From IMG/VR virus record IMGVR_UViG_3300033075_001711: a stretch of 64,000 nt of DNA; one strand, given 5' to 3'. Numbering within the stretch: position 1 is the stretch's first letter; every line of letters begins with the position of its first letter. Positions 51,646 through 61,430 of the stretch are shown here, in pieces. The DNA comes from an uncultured virus (IMG/VR IMGVR_UViG_3300033075_001711) (taxonomy: Duplodnaviria; Heunggongvirae; Uroviricota; Caudoviricetes). A model generated the notes under the pieces. It saw only the letters and a program-made list of their open reading frames with translations, ran no database searches and was not told where the DNA came from. Made by a program: the position numbers and the translations under genes.

Positions 51646-52161
51646 CTACACCCAAGCGGGTTTCCTATCAGTGTCGGGAAGGTTTTTCAACCATGCTAAA
51701 ACATTTTTAGGAACATTGATTTTAAACCAAGAAGACCCATATAATCTGGATTTTCCTTTGTAAACATCTGGATTCAGGTTGTTTTCAGAAAGTATCTTTC
51801 TTGCCCAACTGTAATGATCACCATGAACATTAGGATCAAATGTCTGTTTTTCAAGAAATTTCATTTGTCTCGGAGTTCCGGCTTTCATATCATTAAGATG
51901 CCATTTCCTCCAAACATTTAGAAATTTATCAACTAATTTCTGATCCCAGCCTTTTCCAAAATTTTGAAAATCAGTCTTTTTAAGACTCATTTCAATTTGA
52001 CCACAGCCTTGAGCATTGCCTGAAATTGTAGGTCCAATAACCCCACAAATAGATAGTCTTGAGTTTTTGAAAGAGATTTTACAGAAAACAGAATGATTTT
52101 TTCTCCAACCTTGAACTGTTCCTAACCTAACTACTTTCACAAAATCTTCAAAAGGTTTCAT
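51646..52161 (-). CDS. conserved hypothetical phage protein
   Basis: LSI.G..GP..SGN...CGQI, W..WHLNDMKAGTP.Q, YG..W pattern. Confidence 0.75.
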   Translation of the reverse strand: MKPFEDFVKVVRLGTVQGWRKNHSVFCKISFKNSRLSICGVIGPTISGNAQGCGQIEMSLKKTDFQNFGKGWDQKLVDKFLNVWRKWHLNDMKAGTPRQMKFLEKQTFDPNVHGDHYSWARKILSENNLNPDVYKGKSRLYGSSWFKINVPKNVLAWLKNLPDTDRKPAWV

Positions 52162-52162
52162 T

Positions 52163-52927
52163 TTAAAATGTCCTTTCAAAACAGAATTCATTGTGACATT
52201 CATATATGTCGTTTACTTTTTCCATAGGCTCATTACAATTCGCACAACAATCATCTTCTTCATTTTCAGGTCTTAGATCTCTCCAAGGCATATTTTCAAA
52301 ATAGATAATATATCCTTTTCCTAGAGAATCAAAATTTGATTTATTAAATAAATCTTTAAGATCCTCCATTACGGTTTCACCATAGGAATAAGCTGCAAAC
52401 ATAACATCTGAAACAGCCCCTGCCAATGTTGAAACAGAAAATCCAAAACAAGATTTTCCATACATCCCGCGCCCACTATAAGAGCGCGGCTCATATTCAG
52501 CATTTTTCACAATTTGAAGAAGAGTTTTGTAGTCCATATTTCCCTCTTTAGATAATCTTATGTCCTTGAGCCAAAAACACGCAACCATTTCCAGAAACTA
52601 CTTTCTTCACAGTATATTCATTAAACTTCAATCTTTCAATTACTGCAATTCTAACTTCTTTTGTGGGGTCTTCTTTTTGAAGCAAAGAAATCAAATCACT
52701 CACGGTCATTTCTTGATCCATATTATTTCCTTTCACTAGTTAAACACTTCTTTTAACATTGTTCGTTTTCCGTTTTCTTTAACTCCCCAGACATGCCCTC
52801 TATATAAATTAATACTCATTGCAATAAAGTAGCTATTGTATGTTTGTTTGAACCTCTTTTTGTTTACAGTAATTCCTGTAACAACAAAACTTTTAAAATC
52901 AGATACCTCAAATTCAAACTTTTTCAT
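52163..52927 (-). other. three small hypothetical genes (52163-52537, 52548-52721, 52736-52927)
   Basis: abutting ORFs (the first has RSYSGRGMYG..C); promoter at 52962-52990. Confidence 0.7.
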
Positions 52928-52990
52928 TTTCAACAACCTCCTCACACATTTTCATACAGGATCTATAATACTAAAAAGAAAGATTGTCAA

Positions 52991-53428
52991 TCAGACTTCA
53001 ATAATTTTTCTCTCCAGCTCCAACAAACTACTATTGAAATTTACAAGCCTTTCATGAATGATTCTAACAGTTTCTTGTGGAACACCATGAGTGTTTCGCG
53101 GCCCATATTTTTCAGGATCACCTTTCAACCAAATCATTACAATTTCATAGTTGTTTTCCCGCGCAAAATTAACATAAGGTCTAATATCCGCAACTTTAGT
53201 GTTAGTGTTATCCACAATAACAGTTTCAGTTTTATTCAGAACAGCAGTTTTGAATTTATTAATACAAGATTGATGGCAATATCCAAGTTTATTAGCTTTC
53301 CAAACATACACCCCATTTTCAAACATATAGTCGTCAGCAGAGCAAATGACAGCATTAGGAAAATTTTGAATTGCAAAAGTAGATTTTCCGATTCCTGGAA
53401 TCCCTTGCAAAATGATAACCTCGCCCAT
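52991..53428 (-). CDS. P-loop kinase (AAA_33 / polynucleotide-kinase / N4BP2-like)
   Basis: GIPGIGKST Walker A, ICSADDY, H..C, IVDNTN, RNTHGVP. Confidence 0.85.
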   Translation of the reverse strand: MGEVIILQGIPGIGKSTFAIQNFPNAVICSADDYMFENGVYVWKANKLGYCHQSCINKFKTAVLNKTETVIVDNTNTKVADIRPYVNFARENNYEIVMIWLKGDPEKYGPRNTHGVPQETVRIIHERLVNFNSSLLELERKIIEV

Positions 53429-53515
53429 TTCAACCTCACTTTCTACTAGATCTTATAGTAATAAAAGAAAGGTTTGGCAAGGGGTGAAAAACATTTAAAT
53501 TTAAATTGCTAGACC

Positions 53516-53618
53516 CCTTGACAAGCGGCTGGCGCAGCCATGTCCGTGGGCAAAGCGTATATCACATATCTATGTTGTCAGAGATACTCCTAAAAGAAAA
53601 GGGCTAGATGCCCCTTTC
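53516..53618. repeat. module-boundary element 14
   Basis: TTGACA(53518), core 53538-53549, AT spacer, terminator. Confidence 0.9.
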
Positions 53619-53619
53619 T

Positions 53620-53991
53620 TTACTTCCCCCACTCTAATGTCATACCACTTTTAAACTCTCGCTTTTCTCTGGTTTCATAATTCATAATATACCAAACATA
53701 TTTCTCTTGATAAATAGTATATTTGAAACCAAGTCCGTGAAGAATTGCATTGAGCCTGGATTTAGTGGTATTTGTTTCATGTCTGCAAGATGAGAGAGTC
53801 AATGTTCTATTCAGATTAGTACCAGTTACATACGCAACCAAATGGCCCCAAAGATAATACCTGTTGATCTCAATTGTTTCTGGAGAGTTCGGAGTTGAGA
53901 GCAATTCATATTCAACCCGGTCCCGCTTTGAAAGCGTAACTGTTTGGTTGTTCTTGAGAGCATTGACAATTTCCTTCTCAATCTTTCGCAT
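53620..53991 (-). CDS. conserved hypothetical phage protein
   Basis: MRKIE...A....L.G..VA...T.TTKSRLNAIL....I.Q....WY pattern. Confidence 0.75.
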   Translation of the reverse strand: MRKIEKEIVNALKNNQTVTLSKRDRVEYELLSTPNSPETIEINRYYLWGHLVAYVTGTNLNRTLTLSSCRHETNTTKSRLNAILHGLGFKYTIYQEKYVWYIMNYETREKREFKSGMTLEWGK

Positions 53992-54044
53992 GGTTTTCTG
54001 ACCTCCACAGTTATTATAGTATCAAACATCAGGTTTGTCAAGTT

Positions 54045-54353
54045 TTATTTTTCTGAAATACAAACCATCCAAGGATATTCTGAAAAATTCAAGAAACTTT
54101 TTGGTTGTGCAATTCCCCAAAGGTGTTCCCCATCATCCAGAACATAAAAATTTTTATGTTCATAGATTTGAGTATATTTTTGATCAAGAATATTCAAAAC
54201 ATGATCATCATTAGATTCCCCACCTAACGGATTAAAACCAAAATGTTCAAGTGTTTGAGAAATGTAGGCTTGAACACAAAGCCCAAAAAATTCAATGTGA
54301 TCACATTTAATGTCTAACACATTCAAAAGAAATTTTCGTGTATTCAGTTTCAT
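54045..54353 (-). CDS. hypothetical protein
   Basis: GAGG RBS, own promoter. Confidence 0.65.
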   Translation of the reverse strand: MKLNTRKFLLNVLDIKCDHIEFFGLCVQAYISQTLEHFGFNPLGGESNDDHVLNILDQKYTQIYEHKNFYVLDDGEHLWGIAQPKSFLNFSEYPWMVCISEK

Positions 54354-54531
54354 TCTCTACCTCACTTTCTATTAGATCTTATAGTATCTGAAAAGTTTTT
54401 TGGCAAGAGCTAAACACAAAAAACAAAATCTAAAAATAGTGTCTTGCCCCTCTTGCGCCGGGCATTTTTCGGGGTTAGATGTATAGTGTTGAGAGTGAGA
54501 GGTGTTGAACACAAACAGAAGGAGTTTGAAC

Positions 54532-54723
54532 GTGGCAGGGTCACATAAGAAGTTTGCGAGTGTTGAGAATCAGGTGCGGCGTTTTCATAAGGCAAAGGAC
54601 AACACCGTTGCCCGTAAGCAAAATAAGATAGGAAAGAATTTTGATAGCTACAGGTTTTCTGATCCTGATTCTACAGTAGAGTTTGATGATGATGGTTCTG
54701 AAGACATGGATTTTCAATTCTAA
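54532..54723 (+). CDS. hypothetical protein
   Basis: AAGGAG RBS before GTG 54532; promoter TTGCGC-N17-TAGATG at 54453. Confidence 0.6.
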   Translation: MAGSHKKFASVENQVRRFHKAKDNTVARKQNKIGKNFDSYRFSDPDSTVEFDDDGSEDMDFQF

Positions 54724-54760
54724 TTTCAAAATAAAAATTTAGATAAGAAAGGATAATATT

Positions 54761-55039
54761 ATGTGGCTTGATTCAGAGCAGGATTATGTGGATTCCGATT
54801 CCCGTGTATATGAAAACCCGGATAATGTGTATGATATTTTGGGGAGGAGTGAAGAATCCGAGGAAGAAAATGAAGATTTTGAGGATGAGGAGTTTGATGA
54901 CGACATTGAAAGTTATATGAATGATGAAGAAATGAATGAGTTCCAGGAGTTCATGGAACTAGAAGAATCAGATTACGAACCTGACGAAGAAAGTTATATG
55001 TCAGGTGATTTGGAAGATCCAGAAGACTCACTTTATTAG
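54761..55039 (+). CDS. extremely acidic small protein (candidate DNA mimic)
   Basis: dominated by D/E, no Lys, two Arg. Confidence 0.75.
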   Translation: MWLDSEQDYVDSDSRVYENPDNVYDILGRSEESEEENEDFEDEEFDDDIESYMNDEEMNEFQEFMELEESDYEPDEESYMSGDLEDPEDSLY

Positions 55040-55051
55040 AAAGGTAAACAA

Positions 55052-55384
55052 ATGAAGCCCTCTGAAGTTCGTGCCTGGTATAATTCCCAAGTGGTAGCTC
55101 TTATCACAAATATGTATCATAAGGTGTGGGAGGAAATTAATAGGTTTCTGGATGTGGGTCAAACCTACATTCCAAATCAAAACCGTATTCAAATCAATGT
55201 GGATGTTCCCAATGATTTTGCAAAATACTCTTCAGAAATAAAGAAACGGTTTGAGGCAGATGGGTGGCAAGTGTTGGATTATACCTATGTGCCTTCAAAC
55301 AATACTCTGGATCTGGACATTTCAGAACTGGATCTGGACATTTCAGAAATAGAGGGAGTAGAAGAATCAGATTGGGAGAACTAA
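55052..55384 (+). CDS. hypothetical protein
   Basis: AAAGGT RBS; 21-bp in-frame tandem duplication (LDLDISE x2). Confidence 0.75.
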   Translation: MKPSEVRAWYNSQVVALITNMYHKVWEEINRFLDVGQTYIPNQNRIQINVDVPNDFAKYSSEIKKRFEADGWQVLDYTYVPSNNTLDLDISELDLDISEIEGVEESDWEN

Positions 55385-55497
55385 AAAAGGGGTAGCAATT
55401 ACCCCTTTCCTTTTAAATTATATTCAGACATATTAGGTAGGTAATATATGTGGTGTCAGATTTACCACGGATGAGGTTAAGACCACGGAGGTGGGTT
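55385..55497. repeat. module-boundary element 15 (right edge, tandem double core, mirror orientation)
   Basis: terminator, AT spacer, CCACGGATGAGG 55465 and CCACGGAGGTGG 55483. Confidence 0.85.
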
Positions 55498-56063
55498 AAA
55501 AATAAGTGTTAAAATTAAGCGGCACTATCTTTTTTGAAATTGAAAAAATCGATTTGAAATTTGCGCTCTGAAGGCAATAAAAATAAATACATAAAATGAA
55601 ATCCTAAAATCTTTTTTTGTATATATGGGGTATGAAATATCAAAAAATCCCTTTTAAAATTTACGCACCACATTTAATTCCAGAAATACATCCCATCCTC
55701 AACCCAGGCATAAATTTTGATAAACTAAATCGGTATATTACAGTGAAACTTTGGTGGCAAAGCTAAAGAGCTAATGTTCAATAAACAGTTTTACTAAAAA
55801 AGACTAGAAATAATTTCTAGTCTTTTAATATTGTTATATGTGTTGTGAAATAATAAAATTTATTAGTCATCAATATATGCGCCAAATCTAAGTGATTCCG
55901 ATAATTAATAGGCATTGTAATAGGAAAAGTTTAATTAGTTCCATTAAAAATTTCATAAAACTTTTGTTTTGTATTCAGATAAATAAAATCAGAAATTTTA
56001 GAATAGTAAATATCTAGTGTGCTGGATGAAAGTGTGTCATAAAATTCTCTAGTCTAGCTTTGT

Positions 56064-57668
56064 TCAGTTAATTACAATGTAACCACTTCCTAGTGGAAGT
56101 ATAGTTATATTTACAGATTTCGAAAGTCCGAAATATTTTGATTTAAGTTTTGTTTGTATGTTAGCATCACTAATTAAAGAGATGTTTTTAAATGATTTAT
56201 TTATTTTTAATGAGATGGTTTGTGGGGAGGAGGTTACGTTACAAACCAGTATATATAATTTTTTATTATACTGTATTACTCTATATTTAAGATTATTTGT
56301 ATTAGAGTTTTCTAAATCTTTACCTTGCATTAAAATGTTTGATAGGTTTTTTAGTTCAAGTCCTAATAGGGAGACTGGTTTCCATTTTTCTAGAAATTGT
56401 TGTTCGGATAACATTTTGTTGTTTTCTTTAAACAGGTCGAAATAGGAATAGAGGACAATACCTTTGGCGTTGTTAATGAGGGACTGATAGACCATATTTT
56501 TTTGTTGAATATAGGTAGGGTCATTGCAATTAATATTTTTACATGGGGGGCTCTCAGTAAAATAATTAGATCCGCCGTGTAGCTGGTTAATTATCATGTA
56601 TGGTTTCATATTATTTTGTGCAATATTTAATGCTTTAGCTTGAGAAGATACTGCGGATATAGGTTCATTAGCAAAACCAATGGGATAGGGATCTACAGAT
56701 AATATATCGGACGTTCTAGAGAATGGTTTGAGAAACATAGAATTTTTTTCTAGAGTTTGTTTACTGTCAAGCATCATGGTTTGCATGACAGGAATTGTGT
56801 AATGTGATTTTATATAATTATAAGTTTCAAAGATTTTAGGGAGTTGTTCTGGTTTTCTTTGTTCGTCATTTAGATATAAAAGGATCACGGGGCTGGGGTT
56901 TGGATAAGTATTTATAGATTTCATGAACAGGTCAAGAATGTAGTTATCTGGTAGTGTATTAGGGCAGAGATTTTTTACTACATTGCAGATATAGGTATCT
57001 GACCAGGGGAAGTAGTTTACGATATTGAGGGCTACTTTGAGGTTGTATTTATTTGCGCGAGTGAAGTAATCGAACATATCTTGGTTGGATATTTTAGTTC
57101 CATCAAAACCCCAGGATCCGTATTTATATGATATGAGGAAATTGAAACCTGCCTCTGAGATTCGTTTTAGATCTTCATCGTTGTCGTGACCGGCCATGTA
57201 AAGTCCGATGGGAAAAAAGGGTTGGTTATTTAAAGTAAGGAAGCCTTTTTGATTGAAGGAGATGTTAGAGTTTGTAAATTTATAGTGGATAGATTTTTGG
57301 TCTATAGTTTGTTTTTTATATTTGAGAATGAAATTAACTTTAAAATCTGAGTTTAGTTTTGGGGATTTTGGGGATTTAATTTCTACTACATCATCAGATA
57401 TTGTTTTAGAAACATTAAGATTAGTTTTAAAAATCAGTTTTTTAGGATCATTAGGGTCAGGGATGTTTATGTAGAGTGTGAGGTCATTAGAGCCCCACTC
57501 TCCCCATCTGTTTATATTGTAGTTTATGTAGAGTGTGTCAGGGATAGAAGTTATGGTAAGATTTGGAAACAGTGCATTTAGTCTTAGTGGTCCGGGTTGG
57601 TCTAAAGCGAGAGCTATATTTGTAGAGCTAAAGATCAAGAATAAAAATTTCAAAAGTAGTTGTTTCAT
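56064..57668 (-). CDS. secreted glycoside-hydrolase-like (TIM barrel) protein
   Basis: signal peptide (…NIALA); NNQPFFPIGLY, L..I..AGFN, LYLNDE, DILSVDPYPI, A.GI..Y motifs. Confidence 0.6.
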   Translation of the reverse strand: MKQLLLKFLFLIFSSTNIALALDQPGPLRLNALFPNLTITSIPDTLYINYNINRWGEWGSNDLTLYINIPDPNDPKKLIFKTNLNVSKTISDDVVEIKSPKSPKLNSDFKVNFILKYKKQTIDQKSIHYKFTNSNISFNQKGFLTLNNQPFFPIGLYMAGHDNDEDLKRISEAGFNFLISYKYGSWGFDGTKISNQDMFDYFTRANKYNLKVALNIVNYFPWSDTYICNVVKNLCPNTLPDNYILDLFMKSINTYPNPSPVILLYLNDEQRKPEQLPKIFETYNYIKSHYTIPVMQTMMLDSKQTLEKNSMFLKPFSRTSDILSVDPYPIGFANEPISAVSSQAKALNIAQNNMKPYMIINQLHGGSNYFTESPPCKNINCNDPTYIQQKNMVYQSLINNAKGIVLYSYFDLFKENNKMLSEQQFLEKWKPVSLLGLELKNLSNILMQGKDLENSNTNNLKYRVIQYNKKLYILVCNVTSSPQTISLKINKSFKNISLISDANIQTKLKSKYFGLSKSVNITILPLGSGYIVIN

Positions 57669-57691
57669 TTTAAATTCCTGTTTTTTTAAAT

Positions 57692-59139
57692 TTAAAAACC
57701 TAGGGCTTTTTTTTCTTCTTCTGGGTTATTGCGTAGATATTCCATATATTCTTCGTGCTCGGTATCTTCACAATTTCCTTTATGTTTATTAGGCAATGTA
57801 CAGTATATAACACCCCAAGGTCCATCGTCGTAGGGTTGGTTGCAGATCTCTATTTCAACTATTTTCTTTTCGCCTGTGTTAGGATCATATTGAAGACATT
57901 TTTCTGTTTTTTTGGGATTGAGTGTAAATTCAGACATTTTTATTCTCCAATTGCGAGTGTATTTTCTATATGAGATAAAACTGTATCTAATTTTTTATTT
58001 ACTATAGTATTAATTAGCTGTTCTAAAAGAGTTTTTAAAATAAATTCATCTGCAGCTACAGGATAAAGGGTGTTGTTTATATCTTTACTAAAAATTTGTG
58101 GTTCAGAAAAGGCAGATGTTTGGCGAATTCTTTTAACGTGTTTTATAGTTATTGTATTTTGTGAGTTTAAATTAAATTCACAAATTCCGTAAGTAATTTG
58201 AGAGGTATCATGTTCATTGGGGCATATAATAGTAAACTCGAATTTTTCAATTTCTAAAATTTTGAAACAAGTCTGTATTTTTTCTAAATTTGTTTCATAA
58301 GAATTGAGAAGTTTTTCAACATGAGTTTTGATAGTGGTTTGAATTCTGGTTAATTTTTCTTTCATATTTAAATCTCCTTTAGAATTTAAATTTTAAGACC
58401 TGAAGTTTATTTTTAAATTTTTCTATTGTGCTTATTTCGGCACCTAATTCCATATCTCTACTAAAATAGGCTGGGCCTTGATATTTTTGGCTGTAATCTA
58501 AAGTTTTTTGAATTGAGCTAATTCTACAATCAAGTCCATAGATTAATAAATTTAATTCTTCCTCAGATACTTCTAAATTTATTGTTTTCATTAAATATTT
58601 TTTCCTTTTAAAATTGTGGAATTATTGCATCAATTAGTAGAGCCGCGCCCGACCACATGGAAACGAATTCTAAAGATTGGTCCTCTATATTTCTAGCTCT
58701 AGCTTTTCTTGTGACAAGAAAGGTTAGAATAAATGAGAGCAGAAGGATTGTGGATACTCTGTAGAAATGCATAATTATGTTTTCATGCTCCCCATTTTTT
58801 TAAATAAAATTTACTAGATCCAATAAAGCCATTTTCTTTTAGATCCCAAATAGGATTAAGAGTAAATTCTAAAATTTTATTTTTGACGTTATATTGTATA
58901 GAACTTTTAAACCCTTTTAGTTTAAAATAGGCTAGGATACATTCTATAATTTCTGTGGCTATAGGGGTATTTGAGTTTAGGACTAGTGTTAGAGAATGTT
59001 GATTTACAGATCTAGTTTTAATAAAATTTTCTATTTGAGTTACAAAATCCCAAAAAATTTTAAGTTCTAGTATGGAGTTATTTAGTCTAAAATTTGCATA
59101 CAGGAATTCGGGGTAGGGCTTGTTAGATTCATTTTCCAT
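57692..59139 (-). other. small hypothetical genes (57692-57937, 57940-58365, 58379-58591, 58783-59139)
   Basis: abutting ORFs with RBSs. Confidence 0.7.
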
Positions 59140-59656
59140 GTTGTTTTTTCCTTAGATCGGAAGTAAGGTTATTTTTCTTAAGTAGGTGTCGAAGTTGGGA
59201 TCCTGAGATTCCGATTTTTGCGCCTATTTCTTTGAGAGTTAAATTTGTATTATTTGCTAAATTAGCAGCAACTTTAAGACAATCATGAGAGATTCTGCTT
59301 TTAAATCTGACTACTTTAGCTAGTGGGTTTGTAAGATACATTTTCTTTTGGCAGTCGGAGTGAGTTCCTAAATATAGATGGTCGGGGTTTACACAAAGGG
59401 GAGTATTGCAAGAGTGCATTACAAGTTTGTTTTTAGGAATATTTCCATTAAACAGCACATAAGAAACTCTATGTGCGAGTTTAGTATTTCCATTAACATT
59501 AATGCAGGGATATCCTGAACTTGATTTTGCACCAGTCCAAAGAAAACATTTTTTTAGATTGTCTGGGTCAAAAGTAAATTTTTCCATAAATTTACTTTCT
59601 AGATCTATGGAAATTTTTTGTATTTTCTTTTTAGTGAGAGGGGCTATTTCAGACAT
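59129..59656 (-). CDS. HNH endonuclease with C-terminal HTH
   Basis: CFLWTG...GY, AHRVSY, VMHSCNTPLCVNPDHL.LGT; LKEIG.KIGIS. Confidence 0.88.
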   Translation of the reverse strand: MSEIAPLTKKKIQKISIDLESKFMEKFTFDPDNLKKCFLWTGAKSSSGYPCINVNGNTKLAHRVSYVLFNGNIPKNKLVMHSCNTPLCVNPDHLYLGTHSDCQKKMYLTNPLAKVVRFKSRISHDCLKVAANLANNTNLTLKEIGAKIGISGSQLRHLLKKNNLTSDLRKKQHGK

Positions 59657-59663
59657 TAACTTT

Positions 59664-60407
59664 TCACTCCTTATTTTGTGTAGAGAGTTTAGAAATTTTA
59701 GATTCTAAATCAGCAATTATACTATCATAATTAAAACATGTTCCTGAATTTTGTAACTTTTTAAGTTTGTTTAAAATCAATGCGTTTTTGTTAGAGTTTT
59801 TATTATTTCTCATGAATTGTGTTACAAACAGAGTTTCAAAATCAGCGGCTCTTTGATTAGATTTATTTAGAGCAGATTTAAGCCCTGATGCCACAGACTC
59901 TTGAACATATGCGGCTGATTCTGGATCATTTTCAATATATTGTTTAACAAAACTAAGAAATTGAATTCTACTCAGAGCAACACTCATTTTGAAAAACTCC
60001 TATGTATAATTATAAGGTGTAGGATTAAGTTCTTCAGCAGCTTCTTTAAATTTTTCTAACATAATTTCATGTTGTTTAATTACTTCAGAAAAGGATGTAA
60101 TTGATTTATGTATATATGGTCCGAAATCATCTTCCCAATTTGTGCAACGCATCCAATCGCCAATTTTAAAATCCTGTAATAAAATTTCTTTTTCGTATTT
60201 TGTGCTGCGAGTTCCGTGTTTGTCCCAGGAGGGTTCCATATAATAGATATTATGTTTTTCTACAAAAGATATAGGGTCTGTAATTGTTTCTAATTCACAA
60301 TTCATAGCTTTCACCACTTTTTGTAGTGTTTCATAGGAGTCAATATAAAACCAGGGATCTGTGGAGCCCCAATAAGTAAATCTGGCTCCTGTTTTTGTAT
60401 CTAACAT
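59664..60407 (-). other. two hypothetical genes (59664-59987, 60000-60407)
   Basis: abutting ORFs with RBSs. Confidence 0.7.
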
Positions 60408-60527
60408 TTTTTATTCCCTCATTTCGTGATGGTCTGGAGAATAGAGTTTTCCGGATTTTTTCATTTTATTTTTATAATAATCCTATACTATGTGTGGCTT
60501 TATACACAAATTTAATGGGATTTTGTG

Positions 60528-61430
60528 ATGAAAAATACTTGGTCTTTACAACAGTTAAATTTTTTAATTGAAAATTATGCAAACAACGGATCCAAATTTT
60601 GTGTTGAGAAATTAAATAAAACAACTAAACAAATTAATGGCAAAGCATCCAAATTAGGCTTAAAAGTGAATCCAGAGGTACTATTTTTAAATAAATCAAA
60701 TGCAAGGAAAGGTAGGGCGCAACCTAAGTATGTTTCACTATCACAGAATTTTGTTAGTCATTTTACTAAAGAATCCGCATATGTTCTGGGATTTTTATGG
60801 GCTGATGGGTTTTTAATTAAAACTAGCGGCAATATAGGAATTGAACTTCAAATTGAAGATTTTCAACAAGTTGAGCAAACATTTTTTGTTACATATCCTT
60901 GGTCTAAATTTTTAAGACAGCGCGAAAATCGCAAACCTCAAGGTAGATTTTCTGCAAAGAACCTTACACTTTATAAATTTTTGTTTGAAAATGATTATCA
61001 AACAAAAAGCATATCTTCAGCCTGTAAAATATTAAATAAATTACCGGAAAATTTAAAACATTATTGGTGGAGAGGATATTTTGATGGTGATGGTTGTATT
61101 TATGTAAATTTGAAAAACCAAACCTATCAAGTCTCTTTCGCAGGATCTTATGACCAGGATTGGACTTTTGCTGAAAATTTACTTAAAACTTTAAACATTA
61201 AATATACTATTTCAAAAACTATACATAAATCCAATAAAAGTTCTAAAGTCAGGTTTACAGGAAAATCTAACATAAAAAAATTTTATGATTATATTTATAG
61301 GGACATGAATTTTGGATTGATGCGGAAATTTGAAAAATTCATGTCCATACCTAATTTATTTAATTCAGATCCAGATCATATTCAATATAGTAATAACCAT
61401 ATCCAAAGTCTAATTGATAATATTCTTTAA
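60528..61430 (+). CDS. free-standing LAGLIDADG homing endonuclease
   Basis: two motifs AYVLGFLWADG and WWRGYFDGDGC; inserted antisense to the flanking genes. Confidence 0.88.
   Translation: MKNTWSLQQLNFLIENYANNGSKFCVEKLNKTTKQINGKASKLGLKVNPEVLFLNKSNARKGRAQPKYVSLSQNFVSHFTKESAYVLGFLWADGFLIKTSGNIGIELQIEDFQQVEQTFFVTYPWSKFLRQRENRKPQGRFSAKNLTLYKFLFENDYQTKSISSACKILNKLPENLKHYWWRGYFDGDGCIYVNLKNQTYQVSFAGSYDQDWTFAENLLKTLNIKYTISKTIHKSNKSSKVRFTGKSNIKKFYDYIYRDMNFGLMRKFEKFMSIPNLFNSDPDHIQYSNNHIQSLIDNIL

Noticed and set aside
22901..55497. Integron attC array, REP/IS or CRISPR interpretation of the boundary elements
   Set aside because: No RYYYAAC/GTTRRRY ends, no integrase or transposase in the window, no target-site duplications seen, and spacing is kilobases
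60420..61430. Group I intron or intein hosting the LAGLIDADG ORF
   Set aside because: The ORF is antisense to neighbours that have their own starts and stops; no intron core or intein termini recognised
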